A stretch of 64,000 nucleotides of DNA from positions 5,010-69,009 of the forward strand of contig CALVIX010000003.1 in assembly GCA_944331895.1 (NCBI GenBank), given 5' to 3'. The translations under genes were made by a program, and so were the position numbers. Below are positions 10,067 through 20,270 of this stretch, in pieces (the first letter of the stretch is position 1; every line of letters starts with the position of its first letter). The stretch comes from an uncultured Bacilli bacterium. GTDB lineage: Bacteria; Bacillota_I; Bacilli_A; RF39; UBA660. A model generated the notes under the pieces. The model ran no database searches. It was given only the letters and a program-made list of their open reading frames with translations, and was not told the DNA's origin.

Positions 10067-10555
10067 CTAGCGAATGATAGCATCATTCATTACAACTACA
10101 TCATCTGTGAAATCATCACGTTCAATACTGGAAATAATAAAATAACCAATCAATAAGACAAGTAATCCAACTCCTACGTAAATTACGATTGGAGGAATAA
10201 AAAAACTTCTCTTCCGCTCTATCGTATAAGGTGATGCGATATGCTTTGGTTCTTCTTTTCTTTTTCCCAGTGCATTCTTCTTGGCTTTTTTTATGTCTTC
10301 AATCGATATCTTCGACGTATAATCGAATAAATATTCATTGAATTCATCGACCATATCTTCATAATCGAGACCAAGATATTTGGAATAATCGCGAATGAAA
10401 TATTTTAAATAAAATACATCTTTAAATGCTTCCATATTTCCTGCTTCGATATTTTCAATCTGCGACGGTCTCATCTTTAGATCTTCCGCAGCTTCCTCAA
10501 TCGAAATTCCGATATTCTCGCGTGTTTCCTTTAATCTCTCACCGATTTCTTTCAA
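10067..10555 (-). CDS. RodZ-like HTH membrane protein (short)
   Basis: IGERLKETRE HTH domain plus a single TM. rodZ-pgsA-recA synteny. Probable TTG start at 10555, because the longer ORF overlaps rnpB. Confidence 0.8.
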   Translation of the reverse strand: MKEIGERLKETRENIGISIEEAAEDLKMRPSQIENIEAGNMEAFKDVFYLKYFIRDYSKYLGLDYEDMVDEFNEYLFDYTSKISIEDIKKAKKNALGKRKEEPKHIASPYTIERKRSFFIPPIVIYVGVGLLVLLIGYFIISSIERDDFTDDVVVMNDAIIR

Positions 10556-10583
10556 GTTAACACCCACTTTCGTACTAGCAAAA

Positions 10584-10939
10584 AATAATATTTTATAAGC
10601 CATGTTCTGTTCCTCCGAAGAGGCGACAAACATTTATCTATCGTTTCCGATCCCAAGGCTCGTTCGTTTCCCAGCCTTTAGGTTCCCCTACCAAAATTTG
10701 GGTTTCTCGCTCGTGGGGTTTACCGCGTTCCACACCACCTGTTTCCAAGTGGTATCGTCACTATGGCACTTTATGACTAATACAACCATAACCGAGGTCT
10801 TAGGTTGCCTCGTCGCCGTTAGATTTCTCTACTACAGGTTATTTTTTCCCTGTACACGGACACTACAATCATCACAGATTGTGCGAGCATGGACTTTCCT
10901 CTACATTGCAAAGAATGCAGCGTTTGTCAAAATATTATT
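10584..10939 (-). ncRNA. rnpB: RNase P RNA, type B
   Basis: GAGGAAAGTCCATGCTCGC, AAGTGCCATAG, GGTAAACCCCAC, ACAGAACATGGCTTA. Terminal P1 pairing. Lies downstream of gpsB. Confidence 0.95.
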
Positions 10940-10940
10940 C

Positions 10941-11267
10941 TTAATCTTCTTTTCCATATATAATTTTTTCTAGATTTGATAGTCGCCTTAATAGGTCGGC
11001 GTTGCTAACATCACCTTTACTATGATCTTTTAATACATCAAGTTTCGTCTTCAAAGCACGTACTTCTTGTTTTAATTGAATATTATCTTCCATGAGTTCT
11101 TTTTTATCCATTTCTAATTCTTTCATGATGGCATTCATCTCTTCGTAATCACGAATAATAATATCTAGAAATTTATCGACTTCTTGCGGACGGTATCCTC
11201 TCGTATCGATCTTAAACTCCTTTTCCAAAATATCTTTTGTTGTCAATTCGACTCTTCCTTGATACAT
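10941..11267 (-). CDS. gpsB: DivIVA-domain cell division protein GpsB
   Basis: DILEKEFK..RGY...EVDKFLD; C-terminal N.DLLRRLSNLEK. Confidence 0.92.
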   Translation of the reverse strand: MYQGRVELTTKDILEKEFKIDTRGYRPQEVDKFLDIIIRDYEEMNAIMKELEMDKKELMEDNIQLKQEVRALKTKLDVLKDHSKGDVSNADLLRRLSNLEKIIYGKED

Positions 11268-11357
11268 GATCCTTCACCTCTTTTTATCATTACTATTTTC
11301 TCAAAAAAACAAGCATTTGTCAATTGACTTTTCCTATACATCTAGGTCATAAAAAAG

Positions 11358-11456
11358 CTACTTATATACCTCTCGGAAATAAGTAGCTAATTTAATATAA
11401 TTTACATCTTCTATCATATTGTCAAACATCATGTGAATCCTCATCTTTTCTTCCAT
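11358..11456 (-). CDS. Small ORF, 32 aa (MEEKMRIHMMFDNMIEDVNYIKLATYFREVYK), not in the ORF track
   Basis: Strong GAGGTGA RBS before the ATG. The stop codon lies in a terminator stem. Confidence 0.5.
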   Translation of the reverse strand: MEEKMRIHMMFDNMIEDVNYIKLATYFREVYK

Positions 11457-11535
11457 GTGTCTCACCTCTATATAGAGTCTAACACACGAAAATTTATCTG
11501 TCTTGCTGTTCGACAAAACTAGAAAAAACTAGACC

Positions 11536-12972
11536 TTAAATTGCGATGACAGTAACGCGATATCCAACTTGAGCATTATACGTTCCTGTTCCTGATGAAA
11601 ATGAAAATATTCCGGACGTAGCTCCACTACCTGCTCCTCCACGGATAAACCATGGCTGTGCACTCGTCACCATCTGCGCTGTATCTCCATACCATGTAGC
11701 AACTTCTTTTACTGCATCTCCATTTAAAGATACTTCATAATTTGTTGCACTATATGAACTATAATAGTCATAGTATTTGGTCTCTGGAAGTTCTGACATA
11801 TGTGACTCTCCAATCTCTCCAAGATTGTTTCCCATCACGTACTCTCCAACGCCGCCACTCATGTCGTATACCCCGTAAATATTTCCAGTTGTAGATTGCG
11901 CGACATTCGACCGGTAATTTCCCCCTCCAGTTTTTCCACTTCCATTTGCTGTAATTTCTTTTAATGTACCATATTTTGAATGTGATAAATAAGCTACTGC
12001 TCCCCATTCGCTATTCTTCATTAAATGAGTATCTGATTTTCTTTCGTTAAATCCATGACGAGATGCACTACTCGTACTAAAGCTACGAGACGATTCAAAA
12101 TAAGTGTTTAAGCTCTCTCCTGATATTGGCGTAACATTAGGTAATACTGTCGGTTGATCTGACGTTCCTGTCGTTTCAAACTTTCCAACCCAAAATCCAC
12201 TAATCTCTCTTCCACCAAAACGGAATGCTGGATGTGTAATTAAACTTTCATCACTCGTCGTTCCTAAATTAAATGAAATTTCAATCTCCGTTGGTCCCGT
12301 CGTGAATGCTCGATATTGAAATCTTGGAATCCATACGTAATAACCGACGACATCTACTGGATCAACGACATCTCCCACTTTCGCTGTCCTATACTTTTCA
12401 CGCTGCGATGGCGTTACAGTAATTGCATTCGCCCATCTTTTTTCTCCGTAATTATACCACTCATTATTCTCGTAATTTGCTTCGCTTGCAATCACCCAAG
12501 AACCTTGCGAAGCATCCCATACAACCGGATACATATTGGCAAGTAATTCTGGTGTAGATGCTCCAGAGGTATCGGCAATTTTTGGACATTCTCCCGCATC
12601 TTTCACGATAATCTCACTAGATTTAAACGGTTTAATTCCACAGAATTGTCCATTGCTCGCTTCTATTTTAGTGTTACCTTTCAGATCGATTTCAATCGTT
12701 CCATTTCCCTCGATACTTCCGTTATAATCAATTTTTTCATCATTATAAACAATTTTTCCGTTTTTAATTTCATACATATGCCGGTCATAATCGTATTCTG
12801 CACTATCTTGTGATACTGCACGTAGTACCCCCATTAAAGTTTCTTTATAGCCACTCTGGCGTGCTGTAAAAATTGCATCCATAAAATTAGGTGCAATTAC
12901 AAGTACTATGATTCCAAGTACGACAATCACGGCTAATAATTCGATTAATGTAAACCCATATCTTCGTCTCAT
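11536..12972 (-). CDS. Type IV prepilin-type protein with C-terminal CLec/FGE-like domain
   Basis: RRRYG/FTLIELLAVIVVLG. WIPRF, GFWVGKFE, KNSEWGAVAYL, STTGNIYGVYDMSGG, FIRGG...GIF...GYR. Confidence 0.85.
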   Translation of the reverse strand: MRRRYGFTLIELLAVIVVLGIIVLVIAPNFMDAIFTARQSGYKETLMGVLRAVSQDSAEYDYDRHMYEIKNGKIVYNDEKIDYNGSIEGNGTIEIDLKGNTKIEASNGQFCGIKPFKSSEIIVKDAGECPKIADTSGASTPELLANMYPVVWDASQGSWVIASEANYENNEWYNYGEKRWANAITVTPSQREKYRTAKVGDVVDPVDVVGYYVWIPRFQYRAFTTGPTEIEISFNLGTTSDESLITHPAFRFGGREISGFWVGKFETTGTSDQPTVLPNVTPISGESLNTYFESSRSFSTSSASRHGFNERKSDTHLMKNSEWGAVAYLSHSKYGTLKEITANGSGKTGGGNYRSNVAQSTTGNIYGVYDMSGGVGEYVMGNNLGEIGESHMSELPETKYYDYYSSYSATNYEVSLNGDAVKEVATWYGDTAQMVTSAQPWFIRGGAGSGATSGIFSFSSGTGTYNAQVGYRVTVIAI

Positions 12973-13045
12973 AAGATCCCTCTATTCTTTTATATTATAA
13001 CAACATTCCAATTCTTTTTCAATCAAAAGAAAGTAGCCATATCGA

Positions 13046-14809
13046 CTACTTTACAATTTTTTTCTCTTTGATTTCTTCTTCGATCATGTCGACAAATTCA
13101 TTTGCTGCAACTGTCGTTGTCTTTTGTTCTCCATGCAAACGATAACTAATTAAATTTTCGTCGCGTTCTTTATCTCCTAAAACAAGAATATAAGGAACCT
13201 TCTTCGTCTGTGCTTCACGCATACGATATCCAAGCTTCTCATCTCGATCATCTAACGTTACTCGAATATTTTTCTCTTCTAACATTGCCTTTATCTTTTC
13301 AGCATATTCTAAGTGATATTCATTATTTACTGGAATGATACTTACTTGAACAGGCGCTAACCAAGTTGGGAATGCACCCTTTGTCTCTTCTATTAAAAAT
13401 GCAGTAAATCTATCAAATGTACCAAATATTGCTCTATGAAGAACGACAGGAACTTGCTTTTCTCCCTTATTGTCAATGTATGATAAATCAAATCGTCTTG
13501 GAAGTAAGAAATCCAATTGGCAAGTTGATAATGTGACCTCTGGCCCAACCGCTGGTTTCACTTCGACATCTAATTTAGGACCATAAAAAGCAGCTTCTCC
13601 AAGTGCCTCAAAATATTCAACGCCAAGTTCATTTAAAACTTCTCTTAATCTTTCTTCAGCATTATTCCACATTTCATCATCATCAAAATATTTTTCTTTA
13701 TCTTCAGGATCGCGGAGCGACAATCTAAATTTATAATCTTTAATTCCAAAGTCTTTATATACATCGAGAATTAAATTAACAACTTTTTTGAACTCTTCTC
13801 CAATCTGTTCCGGAGTTACAAACAGATGAGCATCATTTTGGCACATGCATCTTACACGTTCTAATCCTTTCACAGCACCTGACGCTTCATATCTAAAATC
13901 TGTTGCAAACTCGCCGATTCTAATAGGCAATTCTTTATACGAATGAAGTTTATTTTTATATACTAACATATGGTGCGGACAATTCATTGGACGGAGCACA
14001 AACTCTTCTTCATCCACTTTCATAGAAGGAAACATATTTTCTTTATAGTGATCCCAGTGTCCTGAAGTCTTATATAAATCCACTGTTCCAACACACGGTG
14101 TATAGACATGTTGATATCCCATTTTTCTTTCTTTGTCATAAATATAATTTTCTAGCTCTTTTCGAACCAAAGCACCATTAGGAAGCCACAAAGGCATTCC
14201 AGCACCAACTAGTTCATGATTCATAAATATTTCTTGGTCTTTTCCTATTTTTCTATGATCTCTTTGTTTTCTCTCTTCTAACTCTTGCAAATAACAATTT
14301 AAATCTTCTTCGTTTTCAAAACATACTCCGTATATTCTTTGAAGCATTTTATTGTTAGCATCACCCTTCCAGTAAGCACCACTATGTTTAATCAATTTAA
14401 AATACTTCATTTTCTTCGTAGATTCCACATGAGGTCCTCTACATAGATCGGTAAAGTCTCCTTGAGTATAACAAGAAATAACAGTCTCTTTCTCATCCAT
14501 TCTACTAATTAAATCTATTTTATATGGATCATCTTTAAATTTTTCTAGTGCATCTTTTTTAGATATTTCTTCTCTATAAATTCTCTTATCAGCTTTCGCA
14601 CACTTTTTCATTTCCTTCTCAATTTTAATCAAATCTTCATCAGTTAAGGTTTTATCACCCAAATCTATATCATAGTAAAACCCTTCCTCAATCACTGGAC
14701 CTACCCAAAATTTAGCCTCTGGATATAAATGTTTTACCGCTTGTGCAAGTAAATGTGCACAGCTATGATTTAATACACTTAACTTTTCATTTTCTTTAAT
14801 ATTTTCCAT
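13046..14809 (-). CDS. thrS: Threonine--tRNA ligase (lacks N-terminal TGS domain)
   Basis: [35 protein letters not shown]. Confidence 0.97.
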   Translation of the reverse strand: MENIKENEKLSVLNHSCAHLLAQAVKHLYPEAKFWVGPVIEEGFYYDIDLGDKTLTDEDLIKIEKEMKKCAKADKRIYREEISKKDALEKFKDDPYKIDLISRMDEKETVISCYTQGDFTDLCRGPHVESTKKMKYFKLIKHSGAYWKGDANNKMLQRIYGVCFENEEDLNCYLQELEERKQRDHRKIGKDQEIFMNHELVGAGMPLWLPNGALVRKELENYIYDKERKMGYQHVYTPCVGTVDLYKTSGHWDHYKENMFPSMKVDEEEFVLRPMNCPHHMLVYKNKLHSYKELPIRIGEFATDFRYEASGAVKGLERVRCMCQNDAHLFVTPEQIGEEFKKVVNLILDVYKDFGIKDYKFRLSLRDPEDKEKYFDDDEMWNNAEERLREVLNELGVEYFEALGEAAFYGPKLDVEVKPAVGPEVTLSTCQLDFLLPRRFDLSYIDNKGEKQVPVVLHRAIFGTFDRFTAFLIEETKGAFPTWLAPVQVSIIPVNNEYHLEYAEKIKAMLEEKNIRVTLDDRDEKLGYRMREAQTKKVPYILVLGDKERDENLISYRLHGEQKTTTVAANEFVDMIEEEIKEKKIVK

Positions 14810-14839
14810 AAAAAACCTTCTTTCTATTATTTCGGGAAT

Positions 14840-15050
14840 GAAAAAACACTCCCTACTATCATGTAAGGAGCGTTGATACGCGGTACCATCCTTTGTTTCG
14901 CTTAATTACGGAATAACGGTCCTAAACCGGAAATCTCTTTCGAGTTCTGCTCATAGGTAGTAATATTTTAACTTTTCTACAGGTTTCCACCACTTCCTGC
15001 TCTCTAAAAGAAAAGGTTTAAAATATCGTGTCCTAATCATCGCATTTAAT
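14840..15050 (-). promoter_or_regulatory. T-box riboswitch (Thr)
   Basis: AGAGA...GGAAA stem I, probable ACC specifier, T-box AAGGATGGTACCGCG, terminator with U-run. Confidence 0.9.
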
Positions 15051-15089
15051 AGTTTAATCATATATCTTTTTCCATTGTTTGTCAACCTA

Positions 15090-15863
15090 TTAATGATGAT
15101 GTCCACCCAACAAAACACTGACGAGTAAAAGTGCAACCCCAAGTAATACTCCTGTGATCGTTCCTTTTTCTTTTTTGTGCTCTACTAGATGTGGGAACAA
15201 TTCGAATACGGCAATATATAAAACCATTCCCGTTGTGATTGCAAGTAAAATACCAAGTAGGAATTCATTTAACATACCACTCATAAAGAACATCAAAAGG
15301 CCACCGAACAATGTAGAAATTGCAGTGAGAAATACAATAGCAATCGTTCTTTTCAAGTGTTTTTTCGATGTATAAAACGTAGATGCAATTACCATTCCCA
15401 TTGGAATATTGTGAAGCCCTACCCCGATACACATTAAAATTCCAAGTTCTAATGAACTTAAAACACTCGTATAAATTGCCATTCCCTCTATTATATTATG
15501 CAGAATCAAAGCAACACTTGCCACAATTCCAATATGTGTTAAGTTTTCTTCATCTACTTTTTCATGTTCCTTTTCGTGATGATCAGGAACAAATAAATCC
15601 AGTGCTTTTAATAGTAAGACTCCAATGACAATAAAGAAAAGCAAACATCCTACTGCTTGCCAATTTTCTAAACTTCCACTTAAATGTTCAAAACTTTCTG
15701 GTAGCAATTCCAATATAATCAGTGATGCCATCACACCAAATGCAGTACTGATAGAAAACTGTACAATCTTTTTATTATTCTTCGTAATTAAAATAATTGC
15801 GGTTCCAAATACGATAAATAATCCAACCAACAATGTTAATAAAAGTGCTGCGAACTCATTCAT
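15090..15863 (-). CDS. ZIP-family metal transporter
   Basis: LHNIIEG and LHNIPMG motifs, His-containing loop, about 8 TM. Start at MNEFAALL. Confidence 0.9.
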   Translation of the reverse strand: MNEFAALLLTLLVGLFIVFGTAIILITKNNKKIVQFSISTAFGVMASLIILELLPESFEHLSGSLENWQAVGCLLFFIVIGVLLLKALDLFVPDHHEKEHEKVDEENLTHIGIVASVALILHNIIEGMAIYTSVLSSLELGILMCIGVGLHNIPMGMVIASTFYTSKKHLKRTIAIVFLTAISTLFGGLLMFFMSGMLNEFLLGILLAITTGMVLYIAVFELFPHLVEHKKEKGTITGVLLGVALLLVSVLLGGHHH

Positions 15864-15943
15864 ATTATCCCCTCTTTCGCACATATCTATTGTATCATAC
15901 TTGTCAATATATTCTTTTTTGTAAAGTAAAAGCTTCTGAAACA

Positions 15944-16843
15944 TCAAGAAGCTTTTTGATAAAACTCTGGAAATCTTCCAAAAAAATGATCTGGATTGTC
16001 GTGGCATGTTAACACAATTTTTTGGGTTTCCTCATTTAATTTGTAATATATTTCAACGGTAAAAGTAACCTGATAATTCACTTTCTCAGAACCTCCTAAA
16101 CTTCCGATACTTTCAGCAATCATAGGTCCCCAAGCACCTAACAAAGCAGAAGCCAACATTGCTCTTTCCACACTATGATCTTCTACCTGGGATGTTTCTT
16201 CACTACTCAATGTCGTTCTTGATTTTACCGTAATTTTTTCAACCTGCTCATGTTTAATCTCATAGCGAAATTCCTCATTCGCAGCGATGATGAGCACTAT
16301 ATCTTTGCAATCTTTATTCGTCGTGATCGCACACAAATGATTAGATAACTCTGGTTTGCCTTTGATTCCAAAGCGATAAGTACCTACCATGTAATTATCT
16401 TGGCTTTGTTCTTTCATATTCTTATCCAATGCTTCTTTTTTTATTTCGGATTCCTTTTTCACTGGTTTTTGAGTTTCTTGCATCGGAAAAAATAAACTAA
16501 CGATTAAAAGTATAAAACTTGTCACATAAAGATAAAATCCGAGTTCCAAACGCACCATTTCGCCATAGATGCTATATACCGTATAAAAAGTATAACCAAA
16601 ACCTAAAAATATGATCAGTGAAGCAATAAAATAGAATTTCTTACGATTCGCAAACACAGTATATAATAAGAACAAGGATACTGTTGCTACAATGGTAAAT
16701 CCATTTACATATAAACTTGGTAAACGCTCCGAACCAATTCTTAAAAATGTTGTAAATCCTGTGTGAAATAACACAAGAAAATAAATTGCAGTTATGATCT
16801 TCTTAGCAGTGGTCTTTGGTACTACTTTTGCCTTTTGTCCCAT
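15944..16843 (-). CDS. Hypothetical protein with 4 N-terminal TMs and a soluble C-terminal domain
   Basis: AAGGAG RBS before ATG 16843; hydrophobic N-terminal half. Confidence 0.7.
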   Translation of the reverse strand: MGQKAKVVPKTTAKKIITAIYFLVLFHTGFTTFLRIGSERLPSLYVNGFTIVATVSLFLLYTVFANRKKFYFIASLIIFLGFGYTFYTVYSIYGEMVRLELGFYLYVTSFILLIVSLFFPMQETQKPVKKESEIKKEALDKNMKEQSQDNYMVGTYRFGIKGKPELSNHLCAITTNKDCKDIVLIIAANEEFRYEIKHEQVEKITVKSRTTLSSEETSQVEDHSVERAMLASALLGAWGPMIAESIGSLGGSEKVNYQVTFTVEIYYKLNEETQKIVLTCHDNPDHFFGRFPEFYQKAS

Positions 16844-16986
16844 AAAATATATACTCCTTATCACATCGATTTTTTAACTTCTATGATCAGTATACCTTTC
16901 TCTAGGCAATCTTGTCAACATAATAAAATAACTTTCAAACAAGTAAGAAAAAAAGAGAGGATAGTCTCTCTTTTTTTCACTTACAC

Positions 16987-18960
16987 CTAAGGAACAATAC
17001 CACCAATATCTGGATCAGATGTTTCGATTGGTTGCGTTGGCGGAGGCGTTGGAGTTGGTGTTGGTTTTACATCTTCTTCATCACCATCATCAGGTGTAGG
17101 TGTCGGCTTAGATGGCACCTTTTTGTCATCATCATCATCTTTTGGCTTTGTCGCTCCCACTCCAGTAGAAACATTGATCGTAATTGATTTTACATATTCC
17201 ATATCTGTCTTAGCTGGGATGCTTTGGCTAATCACCGTTCCCTTAGGTCTAGATGATGCCACTTGTTTTACTGCAACGGTAAATCCATATCTAGAACCCC
17301 AACTACGTACGATCGATTCGGTATCTCCAGAGAAATCTGGTAACAAGTTAATTCCTGTCGTACCCTTGTTCATTTTTCCAATAATCGTCTCTTCATATGG
17401 TTTGTTGATGTCAAAACTAAATTCCTTAGTTATCTTAGGTTCTTTCAATCCTAAATTTACTTTCATCGCATCGATAACTGCTTTCAAACTTTCTTCGTAT
17501 GGAACAAAATTATATAAATTCATTCGCGTTCCTTGCCCACTTCTAGGATCATAGTCATAGATATATGCATCAGCTCCACTAATATAAAGTCGTTGCATAC
17601 TCAATAAATCTTCCATTGGCGTATCGGCAGCTTTTATAATGACATCTTTACCAATATTGTATAAAGATAAAATTTCATTTGTCGTCATGTTTGTCTGCAT
17701 GTTATTTCCTAGAGTATCCATAAGTTCGTATACAGTATCCAAACTTCTAACATTCTTCAATTGATTTAAAATTCCTTTTACGACAAGTTGTTGGTTTTGT
17801 CCACGGACAAAGTCATCAAATCCTGCACTCTTTCTGTGACGTGCCCAAGCGAGTGCTTGTTCACCATTTAACACCTGGTGTCCGGCTTCCACACATTGTA
17901 AATTACCAAAATTTCTATCGCTGTCTTGCTCACAGAATCCAAGTGGTACATCTACTTCGATTCCACCTAGAGAATCTACAAGTTTTACCACTCCTTTAAA
18001 GTTGATCTTTACATAGTAGTCAATTGTAATTCCCGTAAAGTTTTGAATCGTATTGATCATACATGATTCTCCCTGCCAAGCAGCATGCGTAATCTTATTT
18101 TTTCTCTGATTCTTCATACACGCGATTGGAACATAAGTATCACGTGGAATACTTAAAATGGTAGAACTCAATGTCTTAGGGTTAAACGTAATTAACATGA
18201 GGGAATCCCCATTGTAAGAAGCTGTTCTAACATCTTCCTGCTCGGAATCTACTCCCATTAAAAGAATTGTAAAAGGTTCTTTTAAGTTAGCTCCTGCTTT
18301 CTTTTCTGCTTTTACTTCTTTTGTTTGCGTATATATGATCTTTGTTGTGTTTCCAATTTCAGCATATGTTTCAATACTACTAAACATTGCTACATAATCA
18401 GTTGGTAAGAAAACATAATCAATTTTTTCATTTAATAATGCATCTAATAAATCTGTATAAGTATCATAATCTTCTATTTTATTTTTTAGATTATTCTTAT
18501 CGATAATTTCCTCTGGTATCGTATACCCCTCGACACTTGTCTCATCCGTAATACGACCAATTTTCTTATTATTCATATCTTTGATAGAATCTACTTTGTT
18601 CGATTTTAGCGTTACGATACTTGTAGAATACAAATCATGACTCGATGTCAAGTTATCTACCTTTGAATACGTTTTAATAATAAACCCACCGATTACAATT
18701 AAAATCACTATATATATTATAGATAAAATGATACGTGGTATATATTTTGATATCTTTCGTTTCTTTAATGATCGGATATAAGAACGCAAAGTCAATAACC
18801 ATATCATTACAACTACAACAGAAACGATAAAACGTAGTGTATTTTCAATTCCATTTAATAAACTGATTGCATAGATAAAATAAACTGAAGCTCCTGTTAC
18901 GATGAGAAATAACAACATCATAATTACAAACCAACCTTTTGCTTTTTTCAATTCTTTCAC
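16987..18960 (-). CDS. LCP-family cell-wall glycopolymer ligase with PASTA-like domain and Pro/Thr tail
   Basis: 3 TM. LLMGVD, SIPRDTY, KINFKG, LNGEQALAWAR. LPDFSG...GTVISQS. PTPTP repeats. Confidence 0.9.
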   Translation of the reverse strand: MKELKKAKGWFVIMMLLFLIVTGASVYFIYAISLLNGIENTLRFIVSVVVVMIWLLTLRSYIRSLKKRKISKYIPRIILSIIYIVILIVIGGFIIKTYSKVDNLTSSHDLYSTSIVTLKSNKVDSIKDMNNKKIGRITDETSVEGYTIPEEIIDKNNLKNKIEDYDTYTDLLDALLNEKIDYVFLPTDYVAMFSSIETYAEIGNTTKIIYTQTKEVKAEKKAGANLKEPFTILLMGVDSEQEDVRTASYNGDSLMLITFNPKTLSSTILSIPRDTYVPIACMKNQRKNKITHAAWQGESCMINTIQNFTGITIDYYVKINFKGVVKLVDSLGGIEVDVPLGFCEQDSDRNFGNLQCVEAGHQVLNGEQALAWARHRKSAGFDDFVRGQNQQLVVKGILNQLKNVRSLDTVYELMDTLGNNMQTNMTTNEILSLYNIGKDVIIKAADTPMEDLLSMQRLYISGADAYIYDYDPRSGQGTRMNLYNFVPYEESLKAVIDAMKVNLGLKEPKITKEFSFDINKPYEETIIGKMNKGTTGINLLPDFSGDTESIVRSWGSRYGFTVAVKQVASSRPKGTVISQSIPAKTDMEYVKSITINVSTGVGATKPKDDDDDKKVPSKPTPTPDDGDEEDVKPTPTPTPPPTQPIETSDPDIGGIVP

Positions 18961-19135
18961 AGACAGCCCTCCTTAGATTAGCTTCTATCATTATAAAACA
19001 AAATTGTATAATAGACAAGTTTTATAGTAAAAAATCACAAAATATTTTCTGTTGCATAAAATATGATTAGAATGCTTGCACCTAATGTTATTTTCTGATA
19101 TAATTTAATTGTTCTTTTCAAGAACACATATAAAT

Positions 19136-19209
19136 GGGTCTATAGCCAAGTGGTAAGGCACGGGACTGCAACTCCCTTATCGTTGGTTCAAATCCGACTA
19201 GGCCCTCCA
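19136..19209 (+). tRNA. tRNA-Cys(GCA)
   Basis: Cloverleaf, GCA anticodon, U discriminator, encoded CCA. Confidence 0.97.
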
Positions 19210-19383
19210 TAAATAAAATAACTTACGAGCTATCATTGTTCGTAAGTTTTTTATATATTTTCTAGAAAATAGAGTCACATTTTCTCATTCAACCAGGCTA
19301 TGATTTCCCTTTTTTATAATTTTAGTTCTAAACGGGACAAAGGGTAATATACTTTACTAAAGAGATACTGGGAGGGAAAAAAT

Positions 19384-19905
19384 ATGATCAATAAAAAAAG
19401 TTTGTGGTTTCTTACATTATTTAGTTTAATTCTCGTATTAAGTGTCTACTATGTTACGATGCCAACAGAACTATTACTCACAAGTAATGGCAAGTACAAT
19501 ACAGATACCCAGGAGAAAAAGAAAGAAAATAAAAATGAAGCAACGGTAAGTATCGAAGAAAGCGAAATATTAACGTCTCTTCGAGTAGAAGCCGATGAAC
19601 AAATGGTACAGGAAATAAACGAACTAAAAGAAATCTTAACAAATTCTGAAAGTACGACAGAAGAAAAAAATCAAGCTTTTGAAAAAATGAAAAATCTAAA
19701 TGTGGTACGTGGTGAAGAAGAAACACTAGAGAAAAATATCAAAAGTGAATTTGATTTAGAAGCTTTCGTTAAAATTGATGGTGATCAAATCCGTGTCGTA
19801 GTCGTCGCAGATAAACTTGATAACAAACAAGCTAATAATATCATGCGCAGTATTCAAAAAAACTATGATACGAAAAAATATATCTCTGTCAAATATCAAA
19901 AATAG
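19384..19905 (+). CDS. spoIIIAH: SpoIIIAH-like protein
   Basis: KKSLWFLTLFSLILVLSVYY N-terminus; C-terminal AFVKIDGDQIRVVV ring-building-motif-like region. Confidence 0.85.
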   Translation: MINKKSLWFLTLFSLILVLSVYYVTMPTELLLTSNGKYNTDTQEKKKENKNEATVSIEESEILTSLRVEADEQMVQEINELKEILTNSESTTEEKNQAFEKMKNLNVVRGEEETLEKNIKSEFDLEAFVKIDGDQIRVVVVADKLDNKQANNIMRSIQKNYDTKKYISVKYQK

Positions 19906-20002
19906 ATGCCTCATCTATTTTTATATTGAGCGAAAATCCCGCACGAAAAAACTGTTCGCACATAAAATAATATGAGAAAGTAAAAACCACCCAACTTAGG
20001 AA

Positions 20003-20221
20003 GTGAGGGAAATCGTGAACAAAAGCATATTAACCAAAAGAGAAAAACAAGTTTTTGAGTTGCTCATATTAAATAAGTCGACAACAGAAATTGCAAAAGA
20101 GCTACACATTAGTGAGAAAACAGTCCGCAATCACATTTCGAACGCCATGCAAAAGCTTGGGGTGAAAGGACGTGCTGGAGCAGTTGTAGAACTTTTGAAA
20201 CTTGGAGAAATTTCATTATAA
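20003..20221 (+). CDS. gerE: GerE LuxR-type HTH regulator
   Basis: LTKREKQVFELL...ISEKTVRNHISNAMQKLGVKGR..AVVELL..GE closely follows GerE. Alternative GTG start at 20015. Confidence 0.88.
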   Translation: MREIVNKSILTKREKQVFELLILNKSTTEIAKELHISEKTVRNHISNAMQKLGVKGRAGAVVELLKLGEISL

Positions 20222-20270
20222 AATCGTATTAAAATACGATTTTTTTCATATAGTTAGTTAGAGGTGACTT

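Noticed and set aside
10602-10973. 123-aa plus-strand ORF and the N-terminal extension of the RodZ-like ORF
   Set aside because: Both overlap RNase P RNA and are by-products of its higher GC content.
11536-11660. Active diversity-generating retroelement in this window
   Set aside because: No reverse transcriptase, template repeat or downstream hairpin seen; codons do not show the NNY pattern.
14951-15142. 63-aa ORF upstream of thrS as a leader peptide
   Set aside because: Overlaps the ZIP gene end, the promoter and T-box stem I; no RBS.
17000-17145. Short tandem repeats (CAT/GGT runs)
   Set aside because: They encode the Asp-rich and PTPTP tail of the LCP protein; not a DNA-level array.
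19944-19958. Possible LexA box upstream of gerE
   Set aside because: Only one good half-site (GTTCG) at the correct spacing.
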